In this document: one piece after another, positions 46,196-46,294 of the stretch
Layout: each line of letters begins with the position of its first letter
Position numbering within the stretch: position 1 is the stretch's first letter
Virus record (IMG/VR): IMGVR_UViG_3300031555_010707
Length of the DNA stretch: 46,294 nucleotides
Source of the DNA: a virus
Lineage: Duplodnaviria; Heunggongvirae; Uroviricota; Caudoviricetes
Strand: one strand, 5' to 3'
The notes under the pieces: model-generated
Told to the model about the DNA's origin: nothing
The model's input: only the letters and a program-made list of their open reading frames with translations
The model's database searches: none
Made by a program: the position numbers and the translations under genes

Positions 46196-46294
46196 GGGGT
46201 CTCCCTCGCGAATGCGCAGCGTGCGGCGGATTTCTTTGGGAACGACGATTCTCCCGAGATCATCAATTCGGCGGACGATTCCTGTTGCTCTCAT
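46196..46294 (-). pseudogene. spoVT: 5' fragment (33 codons) of a SpoVT-like regulator, truncated at a probable prophage attachment junction
   Basis: MRATGIVRRIDDLGRIVVPKEIRRTLRIREGDP closely matches the SpoVT N-terminus (B. subtilis MKATGIVRRIDDLGRVVIPKEIRRTLRIREGDPLEIF), then switches to unrelated SHVSFIRT... and stops at 46112. Confidence 0.8.

Noticed and set aside
46112-46294. Intact 60-aa AbrB/MazE-type antitoxin or phage regulator
   Set aside because: Similarity stops at residue 33, before the final strands of the swapped-hairpin fold, and the tail is unrelated; no toxin partner nearby

Overview
The window is the virion-morphogenesis and lysis (late) arm of a large temperate siphovirus-like prophage of a spore-forming Firmicute. 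Almost all genes are on the + strand, in the order: Zn-finger gene, terminase, portal, protease/scaffold, capsid, head-tail joining, tail tube, a ~3300-aa tape measure protein, tail tip and fibres, lysis. Three accessory systems can be read directly from the sequence. (1) A 1140-nt group I intron (1249-2388) splits the Walker A motif of the large terminase. Its LAGLIDADG homing endonuclease ORF lies in the P1 loop, and the last codons of that ORF encode the internal guide sequence. (2) A complete diversity-generating retroelement: VR 39866-39995, cis hairpin, avd, TR 40598-40727 and RT. All 16 VR/TR differences are at TR adenines. It diversifies the C-terminus of a 2186-aa virion-module protein that also carries LamG, LRR and Ig-like repeats and an apparently catalytically intact CotH-like atypical kinase domain. 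(3) At the right edge, the first 33 codons of a spoVT-like gene (- strand) break off abruptly into unrelated sequence, which suggests the phage is integrated inside a forespore sporulation regulator. A recurring subtle feature is that the homing endonuclease and avd both appear to begin at AUU rather than AUG. Product names for structural genes rest on synteny and motif recognition; no database search was run.
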